From Clostridiales bacterium (GTDB lineage Bacteria; Bacillota; Clostridia; Oscillospirales; Oscillospiraceae): DNA of 64,000 nucleotides. Both the position numbers and the translations under genes were made by a program. Location: assembly GCA_012520395.1 (NCBI GenBank), contig JAAYOL010000016.1, positions 517 through 64,516 of the forward strand, read 5' to 3'. Shown in pieces: positions 1 to 18,644 of this stretch. How positions within the stretch are numbered: the first letter of the stretch is position 1; each line of letters starts with the position of its first letter. A model generated the notes under the pieces. It was not told the origin of the DNA, searched no databases, and saw only the letters and a list, made by a program, of their open reading frames with translations.

Positions 1-1
1 C

Positions 2-151
2 GTTTGCTATAACAAGACAACCGACACATGGTTTAATTCTCCGGGGGTTGATCCTCTGGACGCTGCCCGGGCGTATTCAGACTCACTCACTCTCTACTAC
101 GACAGGTCACCCGATGAGGGCGGCAAAGTGCGCGTCGTTGTTGTAAGTTAA
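2..151 (+). CDS. 3' end of unidentified CDS (partial; starts outside window)
   Basis: Open frame from nt 2 (...SPDEGGKVRVVVVS) ends at TAA 149-151 and is followed by hairpin 183-217. Only 49 codons, so no family can be assigned. Confidence 0.3.
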   Translation, partial: VCYNKTTDTWFNSPGVDPLDAARAYSDSLTLYYDRSPDEGGKVRVVVVS

Positions 152-182
152 TATCACAGCTTGCTGCGCTTATACAAAGTGC

Positions 183-217
183 AAGGTCCGCTATTTCTCC
201 CCGAAATAGCGGACCTT
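183..217. terminator. Perfect 15-bp stem / 5-nt loop hairpin between convergent genes (probable bidirectional terminator)
   Basis: AAGGTCCGCTATTTC-TCCCC-GAAATAGCGGACCTT read directly. It lies between the + CDS end (151) and the - CDS end (233). No clean U-tract. Confidence 0.5.
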
Positions 218-232
218 AGGTGTTCCGCTTAT

Positions 233-1519
233 TTAATCCTCAGCTTTGTAAAACGACTGCCTTTTCTTGTTGAATGTTCGTCGCCTCTTTTGAGTGGTGT
301 TTTTGGACATGTGTTGACGTATTAGACGCTGGTAATCGTTGAAGGCGGCGGCGACAGCGTCGTCCCAGGCTTTGTAGAGGTCGCGGAACGCGCCCTCGGA
401 TACCTTTTTGCAAAGCTCCTCGTCGGAGATTATTTTGATAATTTTCTGCGCGTATGCCACAACTGAATTGTCGGCAAGAAAACCGTTTACCTTGTCTACA
501 ACGCTTGAACCTGTGACAGCGCCCCCTATAAAGAGCGTGGGGGTGCGCTGAGAGGCCGCCTCAATTTGAACAAGCGAATTTGCGTCGTAGAGAGAGGGAA
601 AGAGGAAGAGGTCCGCTCTCGAGTATATCGATGCCAGCTCACTCCTGTCGTCTATTCTGCCGCAAAGAATTATCCTGTCTTCCATCTCCGTTTCGGCAAT
701 CCTCTCCCTAAGCTTTTCCTCATCCTGGCCCGAGCCAACAAAGAGCATTTTGAAAGGGATTGTGCAGTTTTCCCTGACGATTTTAAGAGCGTCAACTATA
801 TAGAGAATATTCTTCAGGATATTGAGGCGGCCGACGAAGAGAAACACCTTCTCCGTATCGAGCAGACCATACCTTGCATTTACCCGCTCCCGGCATTGGG
901 AGGGGTTTGTGCATGGACGCATGTCCGTTGCGTTGCCGTGTATTCTGGGAGCATTTCTTCCGCCGTACTCCTGTTGATATATCCTGCACATATCCGCATT
1001 TACCGTCCAACACTCATCGGCATTGTTATAGAGCTTTATTACGTTTTGCATTGCGGGCTTTGTAAGAAAATCATGCTTAAGCGCCCTGCGAAAATCGGAT
1101 TTATATTGGCTGTGCATTGTAGCTATAACCGGGACATTGTGTTTCTTGGCGTATCTTAAGCCTGTTTGTCCCACAAAAAAGGGTGAGTGTATGTGTACGA
1201 TATCGAGATTTGCCTTTTCAAGCTCATTTTTAAAGCCTGAATCGAAATCGGGCAAGGGGAGAACATAGTCAAGCGCGGGCAGTCTTGCGGATTTGCACCT
1301 GACGACAGGATAGGGGAGGCTGTCTGCAAATGATTTGTCGATGGTTGTGGTAAATACCGTTACGTCGGCTACCTGCGACATGTGCTTGGCGTAGTTGTCA
1401 ACTACCATCACCACACCGTCAAGCATCGGAAGGTAGGTATCCACAAAAAAACCGATTTTAAGCCTTCTCTCACCGGTGGATTTTGTATTTTCTGAATGGC
1501 AGAGCTCTTTCGTTGTCAT
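233..1519 (-). CDS. Glycosyltransferase family 4 (GT-B fold), lipid/cell-envelope glycosyltransferase-like
   Basis: 428-aa ORF with SD AAAGGTGG upstream of the ATG. N-terminal KIGFFVDTYLPMLDGV and C-terminal FLFPSLYDANSLVQIEAAS resemble GT4 enzymes such as diacylglycerol glucosyltransferases. Confidence 0.7.
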   Translation of the reverse strand: MTTKELCHSENTKSTGERRLKIGFFVDTYLPMLDGVVMVVDNYAKHMSQVADVTVFTTTIDKSFADSLPYPVVRCKSARLPALDYVLPLPDFDSGFKNELEKANLDIVHIHSPFFVGQTGLRYAKKHNVPVIATMHSQYKSDFRRALKHDFLTKPAMQNVIKLYNNADECWTVNADMCRIYQQEYGGRNAPRIHGNATDMRPCTNPSQCRERVNARYGLLDTEKVFLFVGRLNILKNILYIVDALKIVRENCTIPFKMLFVGSGQDEEKLRERIAETEMEDRIILCGRIDDRSELASIYSRADLFLFPSLYDANSLVQIEAASQRTPTLFIGGAVTGSSVVDKVNGFLADNSVVAYAQKIIKIISDEELCKKVSEGAFRDLYKAWDDAVAAAFNDYQRLIRQHMSKNTTQKRRRTFNKKRQSFYKAED

Positions 1520-1718
1520 ATTACCACCTTTCCAAAATCAACTTAGTATAGTATAATTGTTACAGGTCAATGAGGTGTGGTATATACTTCCGCCTTCGGC
1601 AGAGACTGACTGCCATAAATGCCGCACCCTGCCCCTTTGCGCCAACCGGAAAGGTGAAAACTATTAGGTCGGCCCCTTAGTCCGGATTAAATTACAAATA
1701 TTGTTGGGAGACAGAAAT

Positions 1719-2270
1719 ATGAAAACTTTGATATTCAACGGTTCACCCAGAAAAAACGGAAACACCATGGCGCTGATAAACATGCTTGTAGACCATCTTG
1801 AAGGTGAGCACAAGCGGGTAGATGCCTTTTTTTGCGGAATAAAACCCTGTATCGATTGCAGATATTGCTGGAAGAACACAGGTTGCGCAATTAAGGACGG
1901 CATGACAGAAATCTACGATTACATACAGGAGTGCGACAACATAGTGGTGGCCTCCTCGCTGAACTTCGCTGAAGTCACAGGGCCGCTATTGTCGGTTTTA
2001 AGCCGCTTGCAGACCTATTACTGCGCGGAAAGATTCAGGGGTGAAACGCCAATCCCGAAGCAGAAGCGGGGCGGAATAATTTTGGTCGGCGGCGGCGACG
2101 GCACCGTTACCTGCGCGCAAAAAACCGCCCGGCTCATATTGCGGCACATGAACATGAAGGAAATTGCACCCGACGTTGTTTCTCACAACACCGACAATGT
2201 CAACGCAATAGACGACCCCGAGGCCATGTCCGGCATTATGCAGCTCGCCTCGTTTTTTAATCACAAGTAG
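1719..2270 (+). CDS. NADPH-dependent FMN reductase / iron-sulfur flavoprotein (Isf-like) family protein
   Basis: MKTLIFNGSPRKNGNT flavodoxin-like N-terminus plus a compact Cys motif CIDCRYCWKNTGC (CX2CX2CX5C). ATG at 1719 preferred over the upstream TTG of the ORF track. Confidence 0.7.
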   Translation: MKTLIFNGSPRKNGNTMALINMLVDHLEGEHKRVDAFFCGIKPCIDCRYCWKNTGCAIKDGMTEIYDYIQECDNIVVASSLNFAEVTGPLLSVLSRLQTYYCAERFRGETPIPKQKRGGIILVGGGDGTVTCAQKTARLILRHMNMKEIAPDVVSHNTDNVNAIDDPEAMSGIMQLASFFNHK

Positions 2271-2568
2271 TTTTTATTATTGTAACAACAAGCGGGCATT
2301 ATATGCGCATGTGTACTCTCCGGGGGCGCACTAAACCAAAAGCCATATATTAGACAACTGAATTTGTGCTAAAATAACGGCAAAAGGGTTATTTTAGGCA
2401 TATACACCTTTCCCGGCAGGTTATTAATAAGGCAATGGCTTCACGGCGCGATATGGGCAATTAAATTATTAAACGGCCCCGCGAATTTCAGGGCGTTCTA
2501 AATGTATTTTATTATAAAACTTAAGGGATTTATGATAAGATTATACAAAAAAGCAGCAAAATATTTTA

Positions 2569-2597
2569 TTGACATTTATAGGTTGATTGTATACGAT
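2569..2597 (+). promoter_or_regulatory. Sigma-A-like promoter for fchA-folD (TTGACA-17-TACGAT)
   Basis: TTGACA at 2569-2574, 17-nt spacer, TACGAT at 2592-2597, about 55 nt upstream of the fchA ATG. Confidence 0.4.
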
Positions 2598-2650
2598 AAA
2601 GTAGACGGCTATATACACATAAATATAAAAAATACTTCAGGAGGTGTCAC

Positions 2651-3283
2651 ATGGCATTTTGCGATAAGAGCTGCAGGGAATTTATAACAGAGCTTGGGAG
2701 CAAGGCTCCCGTGCCCGGCGGCGGGGGAGCGTCTGCTTTAGTAGGCGCTGTGGGAACCGCTCTTGGAAACATGGTAGGTTCTCTAACGGTAGGAAAAAAG
2801 AAATATGCTGATGTAGAGGGCGAAATAATTTCGCTGATGGGAAAAGCTGAAAAGCTGATGGACGAGCTGATGGTGCTTGTTGATCGTGACGCAGAGGTTT
2901 TCGAGCCCCTTTCAAAGGCCTATGGTCTGCCCAGGGAAACGGAAGAGCAGAGGGCCGAGAAGGACCGCATAATGGAGTCCTGCCTCAGGGATGCCTGCTC
3001 CGTTCCCCTTGAAATTATGGAGAAATGCTGCGAGGCCATAGAGCTTCAGGTCGATTTCGCTGCCAAGGGCAGCACGCTTGCCATAAGCGATGCCGGCGTA
3101 GGCGTTGCATTCTGCAAAGCTGCGCTGCAGGGAGCTAGTCTGAACGTATTTATTAACACTAACTCCATGAAGGACAGAGACTACGCAGAAAAGCTCAATG
3201 CAAGAGCTATTGAGATGCTGGAAAAATACACGGCTATGGCCGACGACGTATTCAACGGCGTTTACAACAGGTTAAAGAAATAA
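2651..3283 (+). CDS. fchA: Cyclodeaminase/cyclohydrolase family protein (methenyl-THF cyclohydrolase, FchA-like)
   Basis: 210 aa. The PVPGGGGASALVGAVGTALGNMV motif is typical of the FtcD C-terminal / FchA family. SD AGGAGGTG. Adjacent to folD. Confidence 0.8.
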   Translation: MAFCDKSCREFITELGSKAPVPGGGGASALVGAVGTALGNMVGSLTVGKKKYADVEGEIISLMGKAEKLMDELMVLVDRDAEVFEPLSKAYGLPRETEEQRAEKDRIMESCLRDACSVPLEIMEKCCEAIELQVDFAAKGSTLAISDAGVGVAFCKAALQGASLNVFINTNSMKDRDYAEKLNARAIEMLEKYTAMADDVFNGVYNRLKK

Positions 3284-3295
3284 GGAGGAACAATC

Positions 3296-4147
3296 ATGGC
3301 AATGCTTCTTGAGGGAAAAAAGGTCACAGCCGATCTTAAAGAGCGCTTAACCGCCGATGTAACGGCGCTGGGCGAGAGGGGAATAGTCCCCACCCTGGCC
3401 ATTGTCCGCGTCGGTGAGAAAGAGGACGCGATAGCATACGAGCGTGGAGCCACCAAAAGGTGCCAGAGCGTTGGAGTGGAGGTTCGCTCAGTTCTGCTTG
3501 CGGAAGATGCTACACACGATGAGATGATGTCCACCATTGATTCGCTCAATAAGGACAGGAGCGTACACGGCGTTTTAATTCTCCGTCCGTTGCCTAAGCA
3601 TATGGATGAGGCCGCGATAGTTGCCGCACTCGCACCCGAAAAGGACATAGACGGCATCACAGATATCTCCATGGTCGGCACCTATGCCGGCAAGGTAACC
3701 GGATTTGACCCCTGCACACCCGAAGCCTGCATGGAGATAATAGAGCATTTCGGCATCGAGACAACGGGCAAGAACGCCGTTGTAGTCGGCAGAAGCCTCG
3801 TAGTCGGCAAGCCCGCCGCCATGATGCTCCTCAAGCGCAACGCGACTGTTACCGTCTGCCATACAAAGACACAGAATCTGCCCGAAATCTGCAAGAGGGC
3901 TGATATACTTGTTGTCTGCGCCGGCAAGGCGGGTGCCGTCGGAGCTGACTGTGTCAGCCCTGGACAGACCGTTATAGATGTCGGCATCAATGTCGACGAC
4001 GAGGGTAAGCTCTGCGGCGACGTTGACTTTGCTGCGGTTGAGCCCATCGTCGGCGCCATCACCCCCGTTCCCGGCGGAGTTGGCACAGTTACCACGAGTG
4101 TGCTTGTAAAGCATGTAGTAGAGGCCGCGAAGCGCCAGAATCCGTAA
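3296..4147 (+). CDS. folD: Bifunctional methylene-THF dehydrogenase / methenyl-THF cyclohydrolase FolD
   Basis: 283 aa with FolD-like motifs (LRPLP, DIDG, CTP, VVGRSLVVGKPAAMMLL, TVCHTKT). SD AAGGAGGA. Confidence 0.93.
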   Translation: MAMLLEGKKVTADLKERLTADVTALGERGIVPTLAIVRVGEKEDAIAYERGATKRCQSVGVEVRSVLLAEDATHDEMMSTIDSLNKDRSVHGVLILRPLPKHMDEAAIVAALAPEKDIDGITDISMVGTYAGKVTGFDPCTPEACMEIIEHFGIETTGKNAVVVGRSLVVGKPAAMMLLKRNATVTVCHTKTQNLPEICKRADILVVCAGKAGAVGADCVSPGQTVIDVGINVDDEGKLCGDVDFAAVEPIVGAITPVPGGVGTVTTSVLVKHVVEAAKRQNP

Positions 4148-4161
4148 TTAAAGCAAATAGT

Positions 4162-4196
4162 AAAGGGTCTGAGCTTATAAGCTCAGACCCTTTTTT
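4162..4196 (+). terminator. Rho-independent terminator after folD
   Basis: AAAGGGTCTGAGC-TTATAA-GCTCAGACCC followed by TTTTTT (4191-4196). Confidence 0.8.
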
Positions 4197-4257
4197 ATCT
4201 TGTAAATCCGCTAAGGCGCGGGTTTTGCCTTTGCCCAGGCAGCAAACGACGACTGCC

Positions 4258-5535
4258 TCAGCTCTTCTCGGCTGTGAAAACAAGATCAATAAGCAGCACA
4301 AACAGTACGAATAGCAGGGCGGCCGCTCCGTAAGACATGGGCAGCAGATAGCGCATCTTCAGATAGGCGTGGTAGCCGAGCAGGGAGCCGAAGGATACGA
4401 GAAAGGGCAGGAAGGAGCGCTTGGGGTGTATCACAGCAAAGCAAACCGACAGCACATCAGCCATAAAAAAGTAGCGGTCGTGCATATGCGGCAGGAAAAA
4501 GGGAATGCCTACACAAAAGATGAGTGCCGTTGTTAGGTAGGTATCATTCGTCAGCTGTTTTCGTTTTATAAAGGTGAGTGCAAATATAGCAAGAACAAAA
4601 ATAAACGCGGCTATGATGCCGTATTTCGCGGCTGAGGCCTTATCGGCAAAATTATATAAGAAGGCAAAGACCGAGGGGGAATTGTAGTTTAGGGCGCTGC
4701 CCACGGTACCCATCTGGTCGAAATACAAGGTAATGGTTTCCAGAAACGGCCGCCCTGCAATTACAGCCGGCAAGACCAGCACAACATAGGTAAGGGGGAA
4801 GACAAAGAGGTGCCGGATCCTCAGCTTTTTCCTGTAAAGGAAGACAAAAAACACCGGCATTATGAACACTGCCTGCATTTTAAAGCCAAAGGATAGCGCT
4901 ATCATAACCATCGACAATATGGGGCGGTCTTTCATAATAAAATACAGGCTCCACAGCGCGAGGGCCGCGTAAATGGAATCGCACTGCCCCCATAGGGAAC
5001 CGTTGAGTATGACAGTGGGTAAGAGGAGAATCAGAAAAAAGCAGAGGAGCTTTTTTATCCGGCTTTTAGTGAAAAGTGACACGAGCTTAAGGCCTGCAAA
5101 GGCCAGTATCATATCGAAGACAATGGATACAAGCTTTATCAGATAGAGATCAGGCGCCGGGATATAGGATATCAGCGCGAGAAAGTAGAGATATGGCACA
5201 TTGTAATTTCCAATCGAGTACTTAAGCGCGGAAAAACCGCCTCTTGTGCGGAAAAATTCGACCCATTTTGCAAGGAAATCGGTGTAGTCTAATGTTATGT
5301 GCGCCATGCACAGCCACCTTAGGGCAAGAAGTAGGGCGAGTATTCCCAGGCAGGCTGAAAATTCTTTTTTGTTTGTAAACAGCTTTTGCCGATAAAGAAA
5401 AAACATGGCGACAGCCATTATGACAAGCAGGCAGAACAAAACCAAAAGATACACCTCCGCGCAGCGCGAATCCAAAAATTTGCGTAAAAAACGATAAAAA
5501 ACGGCGAAACATAAAGCTTCACCGCAAAAATACAA
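4258..5535 (-). CDS. Polytopic membrane protein, GT-C fold glycosyltransferase-like (Gpi18/GT87-like mannosyltransferase)
   Basis: 425-aa ORF with at least 10 hydrophobic segments. The loop motif HITLDYTDFLAKWVEF following an N-terminal TM segment resembles GT-C enzymes. Start uncertain: TTG at 5535 has no SD, and ATGs at 5418/5406 lie inside a TM helix. Confidence 0.5.
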   Translation of the reverse strand: MYFCGEALCFAVFYRFLRKFLDSRCAEVYLLVLFCLLVIMAVAMFFLYRQKLFTNKKEFSACLGILALLLALRWLCMAHITLDYTDFLAKWVEFFRTRGGFSALKYSIGNYNVPYLYFLALISYIPAPDLYLIKLVSIVFDMILAFAGLKLVSLFTKSRIKKLLCFFLILLLPTVILNGSLWGQCDSIYAALALWSLYFIMKDRPILSMVMIALSFGFKMQAVFIMPVFFVFLYRKKLRIRHLFVFPLTYVVLVLPAVIAGRPFLETITLYFDQMGTVGSALNYNSPSVFAFLYNFADKASAAKYGIIAAFIFVLAIFALTFIKRKQLTNDTYLTTALIFCVGIPFFLPHMHDRYFFMADVLSVCFAVIHPKRSFLPFLVSFGSLLGYHAYLKMRYLLPMSYGAAALLFVLFVLLIDLVFTAEKS

Positions 5536-5555
5536 TTAATCTAGGTAAAAAATGC

Positions 5556-5584
5556 TTGACATATACAGCCAAGCCTGATATAAT
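5556..5584 (+). promoter_or_regulatory. Consensus sigma-A promoter for rpoBC (TTGACA-17-TATAAT)
   Basis: TTGACA 5556-5561, exact 17-nt spacer, TATAAT 5579-5584. Leaves a leader of about 160 nt before rpoB. Confidence 0.65.
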
Positions 5585-5752
5585 AACTTGCTATATGCCT
5601 TAAATAGGCATATCTTTACATTTACCAGTTACGCCTATATTTTATCACCAATTTGATAAAATGCAACACCAATCTTTAAAAATATGACAACTTATCCGGG
5701 TGTGCAGTTTCTAATCTGCCCCAATTAACTATATACAAGGAGTGATAGCCAG

Positions 5753-9505
<3,753 letters not shown>

Positions 9506-9507
9506 TT

Positions 9508-13080
<3,573 letters not shown>

Positions 13081-13089
13081 GGCAACAAT

Positions 13090-13109
13090 CCGGGGGCGAA
13101 AGCCCCCGG
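13090..13109 (+). other. 8-bp GC stem with GAAA tetraloop just after rpoC (no U-tract)
   Basis: CCGGGGGC-GAAA-GCCCCCGG read directly, followed by CACAAAACG. May be a weak terminator or an RNA-stabilising or processing hairpin. Confidence 0.4.
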
Positions 13110-13149
13110 CACAAAACGCCGGACAACTTGAAATGCTTATAAATATTTG

Positions 13150-13178
13150 TTGACTGTGCCTAGAATGTATGTTAAAAT
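13150..13178 (+). promoter_or_regulatory. Sigma-A-like promoter with extended -10 for the L7Ae-rpsL-rpsG-fusA-tuf operon
   Basis: TTGACT 13150-13155, 17-nt spacer ending TGT, TAAAAT 13173-13178. Confidence 0.6.
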
Positions 13179-13206
13179 ACTGTGCAGTTTGCGGAAGGAA
13201 GGTTTT

Positions 13207-13449
13207 ATGCTTTCAAGACTTGAAAACGGGAGAAAACTTGCCGGTATCAATCAGAGCCGCAAAGCCGTGACAAAGGGGGAAGCGGCGGTGATGTTTATTG
13301 CCGAAGATGCAGAAAACCGTGTGAGGCTTTCGCTTATGGAATTATGCGCCGGGTACGGCGTGGAAACAGTCCCGGTTCCGACTATGAAAGAGCTGGGTAG
13401 GGCATGCGGTATAGAAGTAGGGACCGCTGCCGCAGTTGTTTTAAAGTAA
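13207..13449 (+). CDS. ybxF: Ribosome-associated L7Ae-family protein (YbxF-like)
   Basis: 80 aa from ATG 13207 (SD GGAAGGAAGG). The GINQSRKAV...FIAEDA...GIEVGTAAA pattern fits L7Ae. Position between rpoC and rpsL matches Firmicutes. Confidence 0.8.
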   Translation: MLSRLENGRKLAGINQSRKAVTKGEAAVMFIAEDAENRVRLSLMELCAGYGVETVPVPTMKELGRACGIEVGTAAAVVLK

Positions 13450-13519
13450 TTTGATTTTATCGGAATACAAAAGTGCTTTCCGTATAAAATAACCACTATT
13501 TAAAGAAAGGAGGAGAATA

Positions 13520-13942
13520 ATGCCCACATTTAATCAGCTTGTGAGAAAGGGCAGGGAAAAGGTGACCTATAAGTCAGCATCGCCCGCAATGCAGAAGAAC
13601 CTCAACACCATCAGGAACTGGGAGACCGATTTGCCGTCCCCGCAGAAGAGAGGCGTATGCACAGCGGTCAGAACCTCCACCCCTAAGAAGCCCAACTCCG
13701 CGCTCCGTAAAATTGCCCGTGTGCGTCTGACCAACGGTTATGAGGTAACTGCCTATATACCCGGTATCGGACACAACCTGCAGGAGCACTCCGTGGTCAT
13801 GATCCGCGGCGGCCGTGTTAAGGACCTGCCCGGCGTAAGATACCACATCATCCGTGGCGCCCTTGACACTCAGGGTGTTGCCAAGCGTATGCAGGCACGA
13901 AGCAAGTACGGCGCGAAGAAACCCAAGCCAGGTCAGAAATAA
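13520..13942 (+). CDS. rpsL: 30S ribosomal protein S12
   Basis: [12 protein letters not shown]... is canonical S12. 140 aa. Confidence 0.99.
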   Translation: MPTFNQLVRKGREKVTYKSASPAMQKNLNTIRNWETDLPSPQKRGVCTAVRTSTPKKPNSALRKIARVRLTNGYEVTAYIPGIGHNLQEHSVVMIRGGRVKDLPGVRYHIIRGALDTQGVAKRMQARSKYGAKKPKPGQK

Positions 13943-14091
13943 GCTGTAGCGCTTTGGCGCAAGGCTTCGCCTTGCCGAAAAGATTGACATATATATAAAT
14001 GTATGTTATCTCCGAGGCAGGCATTCACGGAGGCCAAAGGGTCCTTCGAGTACCTATGAAATCATTTTATTTATGAAGGAGGGAAGCAATA

Positions 14092-14562
14092 GTGCCCAGG
14101 AGAGGTAACGTACCCAAAAGAGAAATATTACCCGATCCCGTATATAAATCAGTTTTAGTTACAAAACTGGTAAACAGCATAATGCTGGACGGAAAAAAGG
14201 GTGTTGCTCAAAAGGTTGTTTACAGCGCTTTTGAGAAAATAGAGGAAAAAACCGGCAAACCCGCTCTTGATGTTTTTATCCAGGCAATGGAGAACGTCAT
14301 GCCTTCGCTTGAGGTTAAAGCACGCCGCGTCGGCGGCGCCACTTATCAGGTCCCTATTGAAGTAAGACCTGAGAGGCGTCAGACACTCGCGCTGCGCTGG
14401 ATTACAAACTATTCCAGAAGCCGTGGCGAAAAGACGATGAAAGATCGTCTTGCCGGAGAAATAATGGATGCGAGTAATGGCATAGGTAACTCAGTCAAGA
14501 AGAAAGAAGATATGCACAAGATGGCTGAGTCTAACAGAGCCTTCGCCCATTACCGCTGGTAA
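14092..14562 (+). CDS. rpsG: 30S ribosomal protein S7
   Basis: (GTG)[17 protein letters not shown]... is canonical S7. SD GAAGGAGGGAAG. Confidence 0.98.
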   Translation: MPRRGNVPKREILPDPVYKSVLVTKLVNSIMLDGKKGVAQKVVYSAFEKIEEKTGKPALDVFIQAMENVMPSLEVKARRVGGATYQVPIEVRPERRQTLALRWITNYSRSRGEKTMKDRLAGEIMDASNGIGNSVKKKEDMHKMAESNRAFAHYRW

Positions 14563-14594
14563 TCCCAAAGGTTGAATTAAGTAGGAGAGAAAAT

Positions 14595-16682
<2,088 letters not shown>

Positions 16683-16689
16683 AATATAG

Positions 16690-16718
16690 TTGCAAAAACA
16701 GCGAACGTGCTGTAAAAT
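16690..16718 (+). promoter_or_regulatory. Internal sigma-A-like promoter in the fusA-tuf spacer (TTGCAA-17-TAAAAT)
   Basis: TTGCAA 16690-16695, 17-nt spacer, TAAAAT 16713-16718. Confidence 0.45.
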
Positions 16719-16768
16719 AACGTTATCGTAAAATGCTTATTTTTTATTAATAAGGAGGACAACTCAAA

Positions 16769-17965
16769 ATGGCTAAGCAAAAGTTTGAGAGAACAAAGCC
16801 CCACGTAAATATCGGAACCATTGGTCACGTTGACCACGGCAAAACCACACTTACTGCTGCTATAACAAAGTATCTTAGCTTAACCGGCAAGGCCGAATTT
16901 GAAGCCTATGATGCAATTGATAAGGCCCCGGAAGAGAAGGAGAGAGGTATTACAATCAATACCTCCCACGTTGAGTACGAAACAGAGAATCGTCACTACG
17001 CCCATGTCGACTGCCCGGGCCATGCTGACTATATCAAGAACATGATCACCGGAGCCGCTCAGATGGACGGTGCGATCCTTGTTATCGCCGCTTCCGATGG
17101 CCCCATGGCTCAGACCCGCGAACACATAATCCTCGCTCGTCAGGTTGGCGTGCCTGCTATCGTTGTGTTCCTCAATAAGATTGACCAGGTCGATGATCCT
17201 GAGCTCATCGAGCTTGTCGAGATGGAAGTCCGTGAGCTTCTCTCCAAGGAGAAGTTCCCCGGCGATGATATTCCCATCATTAAGGGCTCGGGTCTGGTTG
17301 CTCTTTCCAGCAGCTCCACCGATCCTGATGCTCCCGAGTATGCCTGCATTAAGGAACTCATGGAAGCAGTTGACAGCTATATTCCGACCCCCGACCGTAA
17401 GGCTGACCTGCCCTTCCTCATGCCTGTTGAGGACGTCTTCACAATCACCGGACGCGGCACTGTTACCACCGGCCGTGTTGAGCGTGGCAGAGTCAAGGTT
17501 GGCGACGAAGTTGAGATCGTCGGCATAAAGGCAACTAAGAAGTCCGTCGTTACCGGAACTGAAATGTTCCATAAGGTGCTTGAGTATGCAGAGGCCGGCG
17601 ACAACGTTGGTACTCTCCTGCGCGGTATCGCCAAGAACGAGGTTGAAAGAGGCCAGGTTCTCGCTAAGCCCGGCAGCATCAAGCCCCTCACAAAGTTTAA
17701 GGGCCAGGTTTACGTACTGACCAAGGAAGAGGGAGGACGCCACACCCCCTTCTTTAACAACTATCGTCCGCAGTTCTACTTCCGTACAACAGACGTTACC
17801 GGTGTTATTTCTTTGCCCGAGGGCGTCGAAATGTGTATGCCCGGTGACAACGTTGACATGAATGTTGAGCTCATCACCCCGATAGCCATCGAGAAGGGCC
17901 TGCGTTTTGCTATCCGCGAGGGTGGCAGAACCGTCGGTTCCGGCGTTGTTATCGAGACTTACTAA
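16769..17965 (+). CDS. tuf: Elongation factor Tu
   Basis: 398 aa. [35 protein letters not shown]. Confidence 0.99.
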   Translation: MAKQKFERTKPHVNIGTIGHVDHGKTTLTAAITKYLSLTGKAEFEAYDAIDKAPEEKERGITINTSHVEYETENRHYAHVDCPGHADYIKNMITGAAQMDGAILVIAASDGPMAQTREHIILARQVGVPAIVVFLNKIDQVDDPELIELVEMEVRELLSKEKFPGDDIPIIKGSGLVALSSSSTDPDAPEYACIKELMEAVDSYIPTPDRKADLPFLMPVEDVFTITGRGTVTTGRVERGRVKVGDEVEIVGIKATKKSVVTGTEMFHKVLEYAEAGDNVGTLLRGIAKNEVERGQVLAKPGSIKPLTKFKGQVYVLTKEEGGRHTPFFNNYRPQFYFRTTDVTGVISLPEGVEMCMPGDNVDMNVELITPIAIEKGLRFAIREGGRTVGSGVVIETY

Positions 17966-17994
17966 GAACCCGTAGAAATTTGATATTTCTTAAG

Positions 17995-18027
17995 CGCAGG
18001 AAAGATTTCATGTCTTTCCTGCGTTTT
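17995..18027 (+). terminator. Rho-independent terminator after tuf
   Basis: CGCAGGAAAGA-TTTCATG-TCTTTCCTGCG followed by TTTT. Confidence 0.85.
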
Positions 18028-18091
18028 GCTTCTCAATTGCACAAAAAATGGTGTAAGAATAATATATAATCAAAAGTTTTTGGTGCTTTGC

Positions 18092-18120
18092 TTGCGAAAA
18101 ATTGAAAAAGTGTGTATAAT
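18092..18120 (+). promoter_or_regulatory. Sigma-A-like promoter for carD-ispD-ispF (TTGCGA-17-TATAAT)
   Basis: TTGCGA 18092-18097, 17-nt spacer, TATAAT 18115-18120. Confidence 0.55.
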
Positions 18121-18164
18121 TAACTTATATATAAATTAAATTTTCTGGGGAAAGGAGGATTCCC

Positions 18165-18644
18165 GTGTTTCAAATTGGTGATATGATTGCTCATCCTATG
18201 CACGGCGCCGGGGTTATTGAGAGCATAGAAAAAAAGAAGATTAATGGCGTAACGAGGGAATACTATGTCCTCAGAATGCCTGTCGGCGGCATGCTTGTGA
18301 TGATTCCGGTATCTAACACTGAGGAGATTGGAGTGCGTCCGATAATAAGTGAAGAGCAGGCGGACGAAATAATTGACTCTATCAACGATATTGAGGTCGA
18401 TATGTCTCAAAACTGGAACAGGCGTTACCGGGAGAACATGCTGCGCATAAAAAGCGGAGACCTTACCGAGGTCGCGAGAGTCGTCAAGGGCCTTATGGCC
18501 AGGGACGAGGAGCGCGGCTTATCCACGGGTGAGAGAAAGATGCTGAGAAACGCAAAGCAGATACTCATCTCGGAGATTGTCCTTTCGAAGCACTCTACCT
18601 ACGACGAGATAGAGGAAAAAATAAACGCGGCAATGTCCTGTTAG
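18165..18644 (+). CDS. carD: CarD/CdnL-family RNA polymerase-binding transcription factor
   Basis: 159 aa. (GTG)FQIGDMIAHPMHGAGVIESIE...YYVL matches the CarD_CdnL_TRCF N-terminal domain. SD GAAAGGAGGA. Confidence 0.85.
   Translation: MFQIGDMIAHPMHGAGVIESIEKKKINGVTREYYVLRMPVGGMLVMIPVSNTEEIGVRPIISEEQADEIIDSINDIEVDMSQNWNRRYRENMLRIKSGDLTEVARVVKGLMARDEERGLSTGERKMLRNAKQILISEIVLSKHSTYDEIEEKINAAMSC

Noticed and set aside
2271-2650. Expectation of a ZTP (pfl) or THF riboswitch upstream of the one-carbon genes fchA-folD.
   Set aside because: I could not find the conserved ZTP cores (GGGUCGUGACUGGCG... / CCGCCUGGGC) or the THF cores (AGAGUAG...GCGU...CCGC). The best promoter leaves only a leader of about 50 nt. 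A covariance-model scan is still advisable.
2502-2687. 61-aa ORF overlapping the fchA start.
   Set aside because: AT-rich Ile/Lys/Tyr composition, no SD, contains the predicted fchA promoter and overlaps the fchA start codon. Most likely non-coding.
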